64,000 nt of DNA from an uncultured delta proteobacterium (lineage in GTDB: Bacteria > Desulfobacterota > Binatia > DP-6). Positions 51,674-60,330 of this stretch are shown here, piece after piece. Numbering within the stretch: position 1 is the stretch's first letter; every line of letters begins with the position of its first letter. The notes under the pieces are model-generated. The model did no database searches and was not told the origin of the DNA. It worked only from the letters and a program-made list of their open reading frames with translations. The position numbers were made by a program, and so were the translations under genes. The DNA lies in assembly GCA_963815115.1 (NCBI GenBank), contig CAWFFN010000009.1, positions 704,001 to 768,000 on the forward strand, in the 5' to 3' direction.

Positions 51674-52867
51674 CTAGCCGAGCGCCGAGGCAATCGCGGC
51701 CAGCGCGCGGTCGGCCTCCGCATCGCGCAGCACCAGCGGGGGAGCCAGGCGGACGACCGTGTCGCTGTGCAGCGTCCAGTTGAGGATCAGCCCCCGCTGC
51801 CACGCCTGGCGGACGAAGCGATCGCACGCGCCGGCGTCGGCGAACGCGAGCCCGAGGAGCAGGCCGATGCCGCGCACCCCCGCCAGGCCGCCGCGCCCCA
51901 CCAGCGCGCGCAGGCGGCGCAGCATCTCCTCTCCGAGCGCGGCGGCGCGCTCGACGAGACGATCGCGCAGCAGGATGTCGAGCGCCGCCAATCCCGCCGC
52001 GCAGGAGACGGGATGGCCGCCGAACGTCGTGACGTGGGCGAGCGGCGGGTTCTCGCCGAGGGTGCGCATGAGCGCCGGAGCGCCGACGAACGCTCCCAGC
52101 GGAAGCCCGCCCCCCAGAGCCTTCGCCAGCACGAGGAGGTCGGGAACCACGCCCCAGTGCTGGTGGCCGAAGAGGCGCCCGGTCCGTCCGAACCCGGTGA
52201 CCACCTCGTCGAACACGAGGAGCGCGCCGACCGCGTCGCAGCGCCGCCGGAGCGCGGCGAGGAAGTCGCTTCCCGGGACGCGTACGCCGGCTTCCGCCTG
52301 CACCGGCTCGACGATGACCGCGGCGGTGCGCTCGTCGATGCCCGCGAGGGCGCCGACGTCATCGAAGGGCAGCAGGTCGACCCCTGGCAGCAGCGGTTCG
52401 AACGGCCGCCGGTAGAGCGCGTTGCCGCCGACCGAGAGCGCGCCCCAGGTATCTCCGTGGAAGCCTCCATCGAAGGCCACGAAGCGGGGCCTTCCCGTCG
52501 CCTTGCGCGCCGTCTTGAGCGCGCCGTCGACGGCCTCCGCGCCACTCGACGTGAAGTAGACGGTGGAAAGCGGCGGCGGCAGCAGGCCGGCGAGCTGCGC
52601 CGCCAGGCGCACCTGGGCTTCCTGCACGAACTCGCCGTAGACCATGACGTGCAGGTGGCGAGCCGCCTGCGCCGTCACCGCGGCCACCACCTCGGGGTGC
52701 GCGTGCCCGACGTTGGCGACGCCCATGCCGGCGAGCAGGTCCAGGTACTCGCGTCCCTCGACGTCGCGGACCACCGCACCCCGGGCGTCGGCGACGACGA
52801 GGCCCATCGGTGCGGACGACGTCTGGCAGACGTGACGCAGGAAGAGGGCGCGCAGGTCGTCGCTCAT
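51674..52867 (-). CDS. Class III PLP-dependent aminotransferase
   Basis: YLDLLAG, GHAHP, SGAEAVDGALK, EPVQAEAG, DEVVTGFGRTG, the PLP lysine in LAKALGGG and TTFGGHP. Confidence 0.93.
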   Translation of the reverse strand: MSDDLRALFLRHVCQTSSAPMGLVVADARGAVVRDVEGREYLDLLAGMGVANVGHAHPEVVAAVTAQAARHLHVMVYGEFVQEAQVRLAAQLAGLLPPPLSTVYFTSSGAEAVDGALKTARKATGRPRFVAFDGGFHGDTWGALSVGGNALYRRPFEPLLPGVDLLPFDDVGALAGIDERTAAVIVEPVQAEAGVRVPGSDFLAALRRRCDAVGALLVFDEVVTGFGRTGRLFGHQHWGVVPDLLVLAKALGGGLPLGAFVGAPALMRTLGENPPLAHVTTFGGHPVSCAAGLAALDILLRDRLVERAAALGEEMLRRLRALVGRGGLAGVRGIGLLLGLAFADAGACDRFVRQAWQRGLILNWTLHSDTVVRLAPPLVLRDAEADRALAAIASALG

Positions 52868-54048
52868 GCGGGCTCGATCTCCAGCTCCGGGGGCGCCGGC
52901 AGGCCGAGCAGGGTCCGCAGCGGCGCGCGCTGGCCGCGGGGCCACGACAGGCGAGGCCGCTGCATGCGGCCCGGCGCGCAGACCCGCGCCACGCCGAGCC
53001 GGCGGAGCGTCTCGACGTCCGGCTGGATGCCGGAGAGGCCGACGCACTCGACGGCGTGCGGCGGGATCATGTCGCGCAGCGACCCGAGCGGGCGGATCCA
53101 CACCGTCCGCCGTCCCGGCGCCGTGAGGGACGTCCGGTCGTTGCCCACCAGGACGGTTCCTCCGACACCGGCGAGCACGGTGGCGCCGGCCCACTCGGCC
53201 TGGGCGACGGCCGCACGATGGGCGCCGCGCTCCTCGATCTCCAGCGGTCCGGGCGGCAGCGTTCCGCCGAGAGCGTCCAGCGCTGCGGCCAGGCGCTCGG
53301 CGAAGGCATGCGTGTCTCCTTCGACGTACACCGCGTGCGGCGACAGGCAGCCGCGCTGATCGTGCAGGGCCACGTCCATCGCGATCTGCCCGGCGAGCAC
53401 ATCGGCGCCGGCGGACGCCTCGCGGCCGATGACGACGATGCTCGACCGCTCGCCGTGTGCGATGACACGATCGCCGAGACGCCGGGCGAGCGCCGCGAGC
53501 GTCACGTCGTGGCCGGTGGCGACGACGACGTCTGCCTGCCCGAGCGCCGCGCGCTCGCGCTTCTCGTCGCCGCCCGGCCAGTAGGTCGTCACGACGGTCT
53601 CCGCGAGCTCCGCGTCCTCGGCCGCGAGCGCGCGCCGGAAGGCGGTCGCCGAGCACGGATCGGCGCGGCCGGACTTTATCAGCACCGCGGCGCCGGCGAG
53701 GCAGCCGAGCGCGATGGCCGGCAGGGCGAGGGCCGGTACGTTCGAGGCGAGCACGTGCGCGACGAGCCACGGCCGTAGCAGGGGTCCGCCCGTCAGCTCG
53801 CGCTCGACCAGCGCGAGCATGACGTCGACGTCGAGCGCGGCCGCCGCGATGGCGACCCCGGCGTCGACGACGGGCGGCGACAGGCGCGCGACCGGCGGCA
53901 GCTCGTCGTGCAGCGAGGCGTCGTCCCGCCAGCGGGCCGCGGCGGCCGCGAGTGCGGCCGCCACCTGCCGTCGCGGCCGGCGCGCAAGGCAAACGCTCGC
54001 CTCGCGCGCGGCTGCCACCTCGCGCGCCAGCTCGGCGGCAGGGATCAC
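52864..54048 (-). CDS. LuxC-like acyl-CoA/acyl-protein reductase
   Basis: HVLASNVP, W.GG, ATG, HG.RSS and catalytic DQRGCLSPH; G.MQRP...W. GTGA/ATGA overlaps with both neighbours. Confidence 0.85.
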   Translation of the reverse strand: MIPAAELAREVAAAREASVCLARRPRRQVAAALAAAAARWRDDASLHDELPPVARLSPPVVDAGVAIAAAALDVDVMLALVERELTGGPLLRPWLVAHVLASNVPALALPAIALGCLAGAAVLIKSGRADPCSATAFRRALAAEDAELAETVVTTYWPGGDEKRERAALGQADVVVATGHDVTLAALARRLGDRVIAHGERSSIVVIGREASAGADVLAGQIAMDVALHDQRGCLSPHAVYVEGDTHAFAERLAAALDALGGTLPPGPLEIEERGAHRAAVAQAEWAGATVLAGVGGTVLVGNDRTSLTAPGRRTVWIRPLGSLRDMIPPHAVECVGLSGIQPDVETLRRLGVARVCAPGRMQRPRLSWPRGQRAPLRTLLGLPAPPELEIEPA

Positions 54049-55107
54049 GGCACCAGGTCCGCGAGCAGCAGCCCGCACCCTCTCGGCGCCGCGTCCGGCA
54101 CGCGCCCGACCACCGCGATGCCGTCGTCGCCCGCGGTGCGACCGAGGTCTTCCGTCAGCACGACGGAGACGGAGCCGGCGTTGGCGAGATCGTGATGGCA
54201 GAGGAGCCCGACGGTGCCCGCGGGCACCGGCGCCAGCGTGTCGGGGTCGAGCACGCGAGTGCGCAGCCAGGGGGGCGCCACCAGCCGGCGCGGCGCCAGG
54301 CTCCGGCCGGCGAACCGATCGCGGAGCACGCTCTCGTAGCGCTGCGAGCAGAGCTCGGTCATACCGTACTCGTTCACGCAGAAGTAGCCGGCCACGCCGA
54401 GCTGCGTCCAGCACGCCCGGAGAAAGCCGGCCCGCGAGAGGGCCCGCGGCATGCCCTTGGCGCCGCCGGTGTCCATCACCCGGCTCGCCGGGCCGAGGCG
54501 AACCGCGGGCGTCGCGGCGAAGAGGCGCACGAAGCCGGCGGTCGGTCCCGCGACCAGCACGGCCTCGCCGCAGGCTTCGAGCTCGCGCAGGCGGTCGGCC
54601 AGCCGGCGGAGATCGAGCCCGTCCGCGCCGCCGAACCACTCGGCGTCGGTCCCGCTCTCGGCAGCGATCCACTCGCACATGCGCACGAGGGAGGACTCGG
54701 GCCGTTGCGGCGGCGGCGGAAGGAGGAACAGCGCCGGCAGCCTCGCGCCGTCGGGCAGGAGGAAGCGCGCGAAGGTGGTCAGGGCCGACGCTCGGTAGAG
54801 GTCGAGGTGGGGCACGAGGTGGCGTCCGCGCGCCTCGGGCCCGCCGCTGGTCCCGCTGGTGCGGAAGACGGCTTCCGGCGGTGCCGCAGGCGAGGTCGGC
54901 GTGCCGGAAGGCCGCCGTCGGCACCGGCGGCACGTCCTGCCACGACCCGACCGTGGCCGGGGTGACGCCGCGGCGCTCGCAGAAGGCGCGATAGGGTGCG
55001 TTGCGCGCGAACTGGTGCGCGAAGACGCGCGCCGCCCAGGCCTCGAACGGGAAGGCGTCGTCGCGGGTGGCCCGGATGACCGCGGCCAGCTCGGCCTCGA
55101 GAGACAC
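54045..55107 (-). pseudogene. LuxE-like acyl-protein synthetase, frameshifted near 54883 (real or sequencing indel)
   Basis: Frame 1 reads FAHQFARNAPYRAFC...VPPVPTAAFR. Frame 2 reads PEAVFRTSGTSG...MDTGGAKG...NEYGMTELCSQ.Y...DLAN..S...TEDLG...GR....PRGCG. Confidence 0.85.
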
Positions 55108-55112
55108 GTGGC

Positions 55113-55141
55113 AGCCTAGGAAGCACGCCCGAGGGTGTCAA
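55113..55141 (-). promoter_or_regulatory. Sigma70-type promoter of the luxE-like operon (leaderless geometry)
   Basis: TTGACA (55136-55141), 17 nt, TAGGCT (55113-55118), 5 nt, GTG start. Confidence 0.65.
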
Positions 55142-55227
55142 CGCGTCTCGTGCGGCCGCCGGGCAAAACCGCATCACGGGCTGCGCCGCAGCTTGCCGCC
55201 GCGGAGCCAAAGGGCTACCCATCGCCA

Positions 55228-55575
55228 ATGCCTGCGCCGATTCCCGACAAGTACGAGCTCTATGACCAGGCGGTGGATCTGGTCGCGGACGGCAAGCTGG
55301 ACGATGCGGTCGGACGATATCGCGAGGCAATCGTCGTCGACGCCGACTTCGCCGACGGCTGGCAGGGGCTCGCGCTGGCGCTGAACGACCTCGGGCGGCA
55401 CGCGGAGGCGATCGAGGCGGGAAAGCGTCTCTGCGAGCTCCAGCCCGACGACGTCCTCGCCCACACGACCTTGTCGCGGCTCTACCAGGCGGCCGGCATG
55501 GTTCCGGAAGCCGAGGCCGAGGGCGCCAAGGCGCGCGTGCTCGACTGGAAGCGCCAGCTGAAGGAAGGGGAGTGA
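55228..55575 (+). CDS. Small tetratricopeptide-repeat protein
   Basis: TPR pattern AVGRYREAI..DADFADGW.GLA and QPDDVLAHTTLSRLYQ; EAEAEGAKAR. Confidence 0.85.
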   Translation: MPAPIPDKYELYDQAVDLVADGKLDDAVGRYREAIVVDADFADGWQGLALALNDLGRHAEAIEAGKRLCELQPDDVLAHTTLSRLYQAAGMVPEAEAEGAKARVLDWKRQLKEGE

Positions 55576-55859
55576 AGGCGGCGCCCATGAAGGAGCGCAG
55601 TGACGGCGAGATCCTGGCCGGGCTGATCGAGCGCAGCCGGCTGCTGATCGCGCTCTCCGAGGACATCCCCGTCGAGACCAAGCTCGAGACCCAGCCGCTG
55701 CTCAAGCAGCTCGAGCAGCTCCTCGACGCTCCCGACGGCGAGCACGACCTCGAGCGCATCGAGACGACGCACGCCCTGCTGTTCGACACGCTGGCCGACT
55801 ACCCCGATCTCGAGGCGCTGCTCGGTGCCATGCGCCACTTCTTGCCCGGCCCGGCATGA
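55572..55859 (+). CDS. Hypothetical acidic helical protein
   Basis: 95-aa ORF overlapping both neighbours by 4 nt. Confidence 0.7.
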   Translation: MKAAPMKERSDGEILAGLIERSRLLIALSEDIPVETKLETQPLLKQLEQLLDAPDGEHDLERIETTHALLFDTLADYPDLEALLGAMRHFLPGPA

Positions 55860-57046
55860 GCGCGCTCGCCGGCATCCGCGTCCTCGACCTGACCCGCTTC
55901 CTCGCGGGGCCGTTCTGCACCGCGATCCTCGCCGACCTCGGAGCGGAGGTGGTGAAGATCGAGGCCCCGAAGGGCGGCGACGAGGGACGCTACGGGTATC
56001 CACCGGTCGACGGCGTCCCGGTCTTCTTCCTCGCGCTCAATCGCGGCAAGAAGGGCATCACGCTCGACCTGCGCCAGGACGAGGGCCGCGCGCTGCTCCG
56101 CCGCCTGCTGCCGCACTTCGACGTGCTGGTGGAGAACTTCGCCGGCGGCACGCTCGCGCGCTGGGGCCTTCTTCCCGCCGACCTCTGCCGGGAGCACCCG
56201 CGTCTGATCGTCGCCAGCCTCTCCGGCTTCGGCCAGACCGGTCCGTGGCACGAACGGCCCTCGTACGACATCATCACGCAGGCCGCGAGCGGCTTCATGT
56301 CGCTCACCGGATTCCCGGAGAACCCGCCGACGCGCGGTGGCGGCTCGCTCGGCGACTACGTCCAGGGTCTCTTCGGCGCGATCGGGGTGCTCGCCGCGCT
56401 CTGCGCCCGTGCCAGCACCGGCCGCGGTCAGGCGGTGGACGTGTCGAGCCAGGACGCCATGTTCTCGCTCCTCGACAGCTGGCCCGCGATCTTCGCCGCG
56501 TCCGGCCGCCTGCCGGCGCGCGTGGGGAACCGCCATCTCGGCACCGCTCCGTACGACTGCTATCGCGCCAGCGACGGCTGGGTGGTGATCGCGGTGGCGA
56601 GCAACAAGCTCTTCCGCACGCTCGCCAGTGCCATCGGCCGGCCCGAGCTGGGCGAGGATCCGCGCTTCCGCAGCGTCACGGGCCGCGTCGAGCGCAGCGA
56701 CGAGATCAACGGGATCGTCGGGGCGTGGGTCGGCCAACACACGGTCGAGGAGGTGGTGGCTGCGCTCGGCCCCGGCGGCGCCGGCGTCCCGTGCTCACCG
56801 GTGTACACCGTCGATCAGCTGCTCGGTCACCCGCAGCTGCTGGCGCGCGAGATGATCCGGCGCCTTCCTCATCCGACGCTGGGCGAGGTGGTCGTGCCCG
56901 GCGTGGTGGTGAAGCTGTCCGAGACCCCGGGGGCGGTGAGCCGGCTCGGACCCGAGATCGGTGAGCACACGGCGGAGCTCTACCGCGGGCTGCTCGGACT
57001 CTCCGACGAGGAGCTGGCCGGGCTGAAGACCCGCCAGGTCATCTGA
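55856..57046 (+). CDS. CaiB/BaiF family (class III) CoA-transferase
   Basis: LAGIRVLDLTRFLAGP, LADLGAEVVKIE, NRGKK, DVLVENF, SGFGQTGP and GEHT. Confidence 0.95.
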   Translation: MSALAGIRVLDLTRFLAGPFCTAILADLGAEVVKIEAPKGGDEGRYGYPPVDGVPVFFLALNRGKKGITLDLRQDEGRALLRRLLPHFDVLVENFAGGTLARWGLLPADLCREHPRLIVASLSGFGQTGPWHERPSYDIITQAASGFMSLTGFPENPPTRGGGSLGDYVQGLFGAIGVLAALCARASTGRGQAVDVSSQDAMFSLLDSWPAIFAASGRLPARVGNRHLGTAPYDCYRASDGWVVIAVASNKLFRTLASAIGRPELGEDPRFRSVTGRVERSDEINGIVGAWVGQHTVEEVVAALGPGGAGVPCSPVYTVDQLLGHPQLLAREMIRRLPHPTLGEVVVPGVVVKLSETPGAVSRLGPEIGEHTAELYRGLLGLSDEELAGLKTRQVI

Positions 57047-57058
57047 TCGCGACGGTCG

Positions 57059-57376
57059 CTATGGGTTGGCGGGCGCCGCGGCGGCCGCGGTGCGGGCCTT
57101 CTGCAGGTCGGTCTGGCACTGCGTCAGCCGGCCCTCGGTGACGGTGAGCTTGCCCTCGACGTCGACCCGCTTGTTCTTGCAGTCCACCATCGCCTCGTCC
57201 TGCTTGATCACCTGATCGCGCAGGGAGGGCGCTCCCTGCGGCCCGTAGCCGTAGAGCACCCAGCTGGCGAAGAACCCGAAGCCGAAGGTCACCGCCAGCA
57301 CGAGCAGCCGCTGTGTCCAGTTCCACACAGCTTCCTGGACGCGCTTTTTTGCTTCCTCGTCCTCTTGGCTTGCCAA
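57059..57376 (-). CDS. Small single-TM coiled-coil hypothetical protein
   Basis: GGAGGGGG RBS before TTG; TM helix followed by a heptad-rich tail. Confidence 0.65.
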   Translation of the reverse strand: MASQEDEEAKKRVQEAVWNWTQRLLVLAVTFGFGFFASWVLYGYGPQGAPSLRDQVIKQDEAMVDCKNKRVDVEGKLTVTEGRLTQCQTDLQKARTAAAAAPANP

Positions 57377-57486
57377 CGGGCACCCCCTCCAGGTTTGCGG
57401 CGCTGCTCATAGCGCCCTTTGCCGGGGCGGTAAAGTGCCCGCGCCGCGGACCGCGCGTGCCCGCCGGAACTCGCGACCGTCCAGGA

Positions 57487-58014
57487 TCAGGCGATGGGCG
57501 CGCCGCGCCGGGTGGTCAGATATTCACGCACCAGCCGCGGGCAGCGGCGCAGCGCCTCGTCCGCGTTGCGAAACGAGGCCTCGTATACCCACTCGCCGTA
57601 CACCCAGGCGTCGAGGGAGGACTCGGCGCCGATCCGGACCTCGACCAGGCGCTCGCCGATCGGATGGGCCGTGATGATCGCCCGCAGCGCCTCGCCCGAG
57701 TCCACCAGCACGCCGCGGCCGCCGGGGGGTACCGGAAGCGCCGCCCGCACCTTCTGGACGCGCGGCTCGGGAACCCGTTCCTTCTCGAGGGTGTGGATGA
57801 TCGCCCAGCCGCCGACGGGAACCTCGACCTCGTTGAACCACTTGAGGTTCAGATCGGTCAGGCGTCGCTGCGCCCGGTCCTGCTCGAAGCCGATGCCGGA
57901 GCGGAAGAAGCGCAACGCCACGCGCGGCTGGTCGATGACCATGCCATGGGCGTCCTTCTGCTGGTCCACCCACCAGCGGTTCTCGAGCCCGGGCCGGTCT
58001 CCCTTGCCACCCAC
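57487..58014 (-). CDS. Hypothetical protein
   Basis: 175-aa natural-looking ORF (MGGKGDRPGLENRWW...) divergent from the SDR gene. Confidence 0.6.
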   Translation of the reverse strand: MGGKGDRPGLENRWWVDQQKDAHGMVIDQPRVALRFFRSGIGFEQDRAQRRLTDLNLKWFNEVEVPVGGWAIIHTLEKERVPEPRVQKVRAALPVPPGGRGVLVDSGEALRAIITAHPIGERLVEVRIGAESSLDAWVYGEWVYEASFRNADEALRRCPRLVREYLTTRRGAPIA

Positions 58015-58074
58015 GCCGGCCAGGCTAGCCGAGCGTTGCCGGCGCGACAACCTTTGGCTACACCATCGGCGCGG

Positions 58075-58875
58075 ATGCAGACCTGGCGGCCGTTCGAGGG
58101 GGAATGGGGTGTGGTGCTGGGCGCCTCGAGCGGCTTCGGTGCCGCCACGGCGCGCGCGCTGGGACGGCACGGGATGAGCATCGTCGGCGTCCATCTCGAC
58201 CGCAAGGCGACGCTTCCGCTCGCCACGGCCGTCGAGGCCGACGTGCGCGCGGCCGGTGCCGAGGCCCATTTCTTCAACGTCAACGCCGCCGACCCCGACA
58301 AGCGCGCCCAGGTGTGCGATCGAGCCCGGGAGCTGACGGGCGGGAAGCCGGTCCGCCTCCTGCTGCACTCGCTCGCGTTCGGCACGCTCAGGCCGTTCGT
58401 GAGCGACGACCGGGCCAAGCAGACGACCAGGCTGCAGCTCGAGATGACCCTCGACGTGATGGCGCACAGCCTCGTCTACTGGGTCCAGGAGCTGCACGGA
58501 CGCGGGCTGCTCGGCGAGGGCAGCCGCGTGTTCGCGATGACCAGCTCGGGTGGCACCCGGGTCATGCCGGCCTACGGCGCGGTGTCGGCGGCCAAGGCGG
58601 CGCTCGAGTCGCACGTGCGCCAGCTGGCGCTCGAGCTGGGCGCCGCGCGCATCACCGTCAACGCCATCCGTGCCGGGGTGACCGACACTCCCGCGTCGCG
58701 CAAGATCCCGGCCGCCGAGCTGCTGTTCCAGGAGGCGGCACGGCGCAATCCCGGCTGCCGCCTGACCGTTCCCGAGGACGTGGCGGGCGCGATCGTCGCG
58801 CTGTCGCTGCCGGGAGCGGCCTGGATCAGCGGGAACGTGATCGGCGTCGACGGCGGTGAGGACGTGACTGCGTGA
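58075..58875 (+). CDS. SDR oxidoreductase, enoyl-ACP reductase (FabL/FabI-like)
   Basis: LGASSGFG, a Yx6K catalytic motif (YGAVSAAK), LALELG and VDGG. Confidence 0.85.
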   Translation: MQTWRPFEGEWGVVLGASSGFGAATARALGRHGMSIVGVHLDRKATLPLATAVEADVRAAGAEAHFFNVNAADPDKRAQVCDRARELTGGKPVRLLLHSLAFGTLRPFVSDDRAKQTTRLQLEMTLDVMAHSLVYWVQELHGRGLLGEGSRVFAMTSSGGTRVMPAYGAVSAAKAALESHVRQLALELGAARITVNAIRAGVTDTPASRKIPAAELLFQEAARRNPGCRLTVPEDVAGAIVALSLPGAAWISGNVIGVDGGEDVTA

Positions 58876-59278
58876 GGCGCGCCCGCTCCACCAGCCCCGG
58901 GCGCCGGTGCCCGTTGACACCGCGCACGAAGCGATACGCGAAGGTGTCCGCCTTGCGCTCGGCGTCCGCCCACAGCACGTAGTGCCCCAGCTCGTGGTAG
59001 ACGGTCTGGATCCACTTGCGCTCGGAGTTGTACTTCCGGCCCTTCTTCCAGTTCTCCGGGTGCACGAGGTGGATCTTGCCGTCCTCGTAGCAGCGCCCGG
59101 CCGTCCGGCCCCAGTCGAGGTACTCGTACCAGTCCACCCGGGGGGCCCTCAGGTGGTAGAACCGGCTGAGTGACCGGATCGCGAGCCGGAACTCGGCCTC
59201 GCGATGCTCCCGGAAGAAGTCGGTGAGCTGCCGGTCGATGGCGCGGCGTTCCCGCACGCCAGGAAGGATCATGCGCAT
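58826..59278 (-). CDS. Small HExxH zinc metallopeptidase-like protein (ImmA/IrrE-like motif)
   Basis: YHELGHY followed by ERKADTFA. Confidence 0.65.
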   Translation of the reverse strand: MRMILPGVRERRAIDRQLTDFFREHREAEFRLAIRSLSRFYHLRAPRVDWYEYLDWGRTAGRCYEDGKIHLVHPENWKKGRKYNSERKWIQTVYHELGHYVLWADAERKADTFAYRFVRGVNGHRRPGLVERARLTQSRPHRRRRRSRSR

Positions 59279-59459
59279 TTGGGTGTTCGCCTTGGCTTGT
59301 GCCAGGGCGCCCGCGCCCCCCCTTCCGGGCGTCCTGAGGGCTCGACACTACCGGCGGCGGAAGTCCCCTGTCAACGCCGATCAGGCCGGATAGAAAGCTG
59401 GCGCTACCAGAGTCGGAACCCCGACGCAAGGCGGCCGTGCGACGGGTGCGGCGCGCGCT

Positions 59460-59705
59460 TCACTCCTTGGGCATCGCCGCCTTGGCCTTCTTGAAGGCCT
59501 CGGCCGCCTCGTCCTGCATGCCGTCCTTCAGCGCCTTGTCGCCGTCGTTGTAGAGCTTGCCGGCCTCGCCGAGATCCTTCCCCTCGGCCTGGGCTTTCTT
59601 GATCCTCGGCAGGAGCTCCTTCTTGAGCTCGATCGCAGTCTGAGCGTGGGCAGCGCCCGCGACGAACGACAGGGCGAGCAGGCAGAGGCCGATGGTGCGG
59701 CGCAT
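59460..59705 (-). CDS. Small secreted Lys/Ala-rich helical protein
   Basis: GGAGGG RBS; signal peptide ending AAHA. Confidence 0.75.
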   Translation of the reverse strand: MRRTIGLCLLALSFVAGAAHAQTAIELKKELLPRIKKAQAEGKDLGEAGKLYNDGDKALKDGMQDEAAEAFKKAKAAMPKE

Positions 59706-59781
59706 GAGAGACCCTCCCCTCCGTAAAGTCCCGCCGAATTACCTGGAGGCCGTCGCAGAGTGCAAGGGGGGACCGGCGCCC

Positions 59782-60258
59782 TCATTCGCCGCCGAGGTGG
59801 CGATACGCGCCCTGAAAGAACAGCAGCGGCCGCCCGCCCCGTGCCTCGGCGTGCCGCACCTCGCCGACGTGGATCACGTGATCGCCGCCCTCGTGCGTCT
59901 CCACGATGCGGCACTCGACCCGCGCCAGCGTGCCCTCGAGCACCGGCACGCCGTCCTCGTTCGTGCTGTAGGGAAGGTCGCCGAACTTGTCGCCGCCCGA
60001 CTTCGCGAAGCGCGTCGACAGCTCGCGCTGGTCCTCGGCCAGGATGTTGACCACGAACAGGCGCGAGTCGAAGAAGTGGGGATGGGTCTCCGCCTTCTTG
60101 TCGATGCAGATGATGAGGAGCGGCGGCTCGAGCGAGAGCGAGGTGACGGCGTTCGCCGTGAGCCCGTAGGGCTGGCCCTTGGAATCCCGCGTGGTGAGGA
60201 CGGTGACGCCGGTGGCGAACAGGCCCATCACGCGCCGGAGCTCCTTCGCATCGAACAT
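59782..60258 (-). CDS. Flavin reductase family protein (HpaC/DszD-like)
   Basis: RRVMGLFATGVTV, TANAVTSLSLEPP, GGDH and PLLFFQGAY. Confidence 0.93.
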   Translation of the reverse strand: MFDAKELRRVMGLFATGVTVLTTRDSKGQPYGLTANAVTSLSLEPPLLIICIDKKAETHPHFFDSRLFVVNILAEDQRELSTRFAKSGGDKFGDLPYSTNEDGVPVLEGTLARVECRIVETHEGGDHVIHVGEVRHAEARGGRPLLFFQGAYRHLGGE

Positions 60259-60267
60259 CAGTGCGGT

Positions 60268-60306
60268 CCGAGACTCCGTCTCGAACCGAGACGAAGTCTC
60301 GGTTCG
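60268..60306. repeat. Nested palindrome able to form two alternative hairpins
   Basis: CCGAGACTCCGTCTCG-AAC-CGAGACGAAGTCTCGG (16-bp stem, 1 mismatch) versus CGAACCGAGAC-GAA-GTCTCGGTTCG (11-bp perfect stem). Confidence 0.7.
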
Positions 60307-60330
60307 TTGTCCACGCTGCGGCCCCCGCAG

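Noticed and set aside
52864-55107. 747-aa ORF as a genuine LuxE-LuxC fusion
   Set aside because: The middle third is nonsense. The LuxE motifs lie in another frame, so it results from the frameshift.
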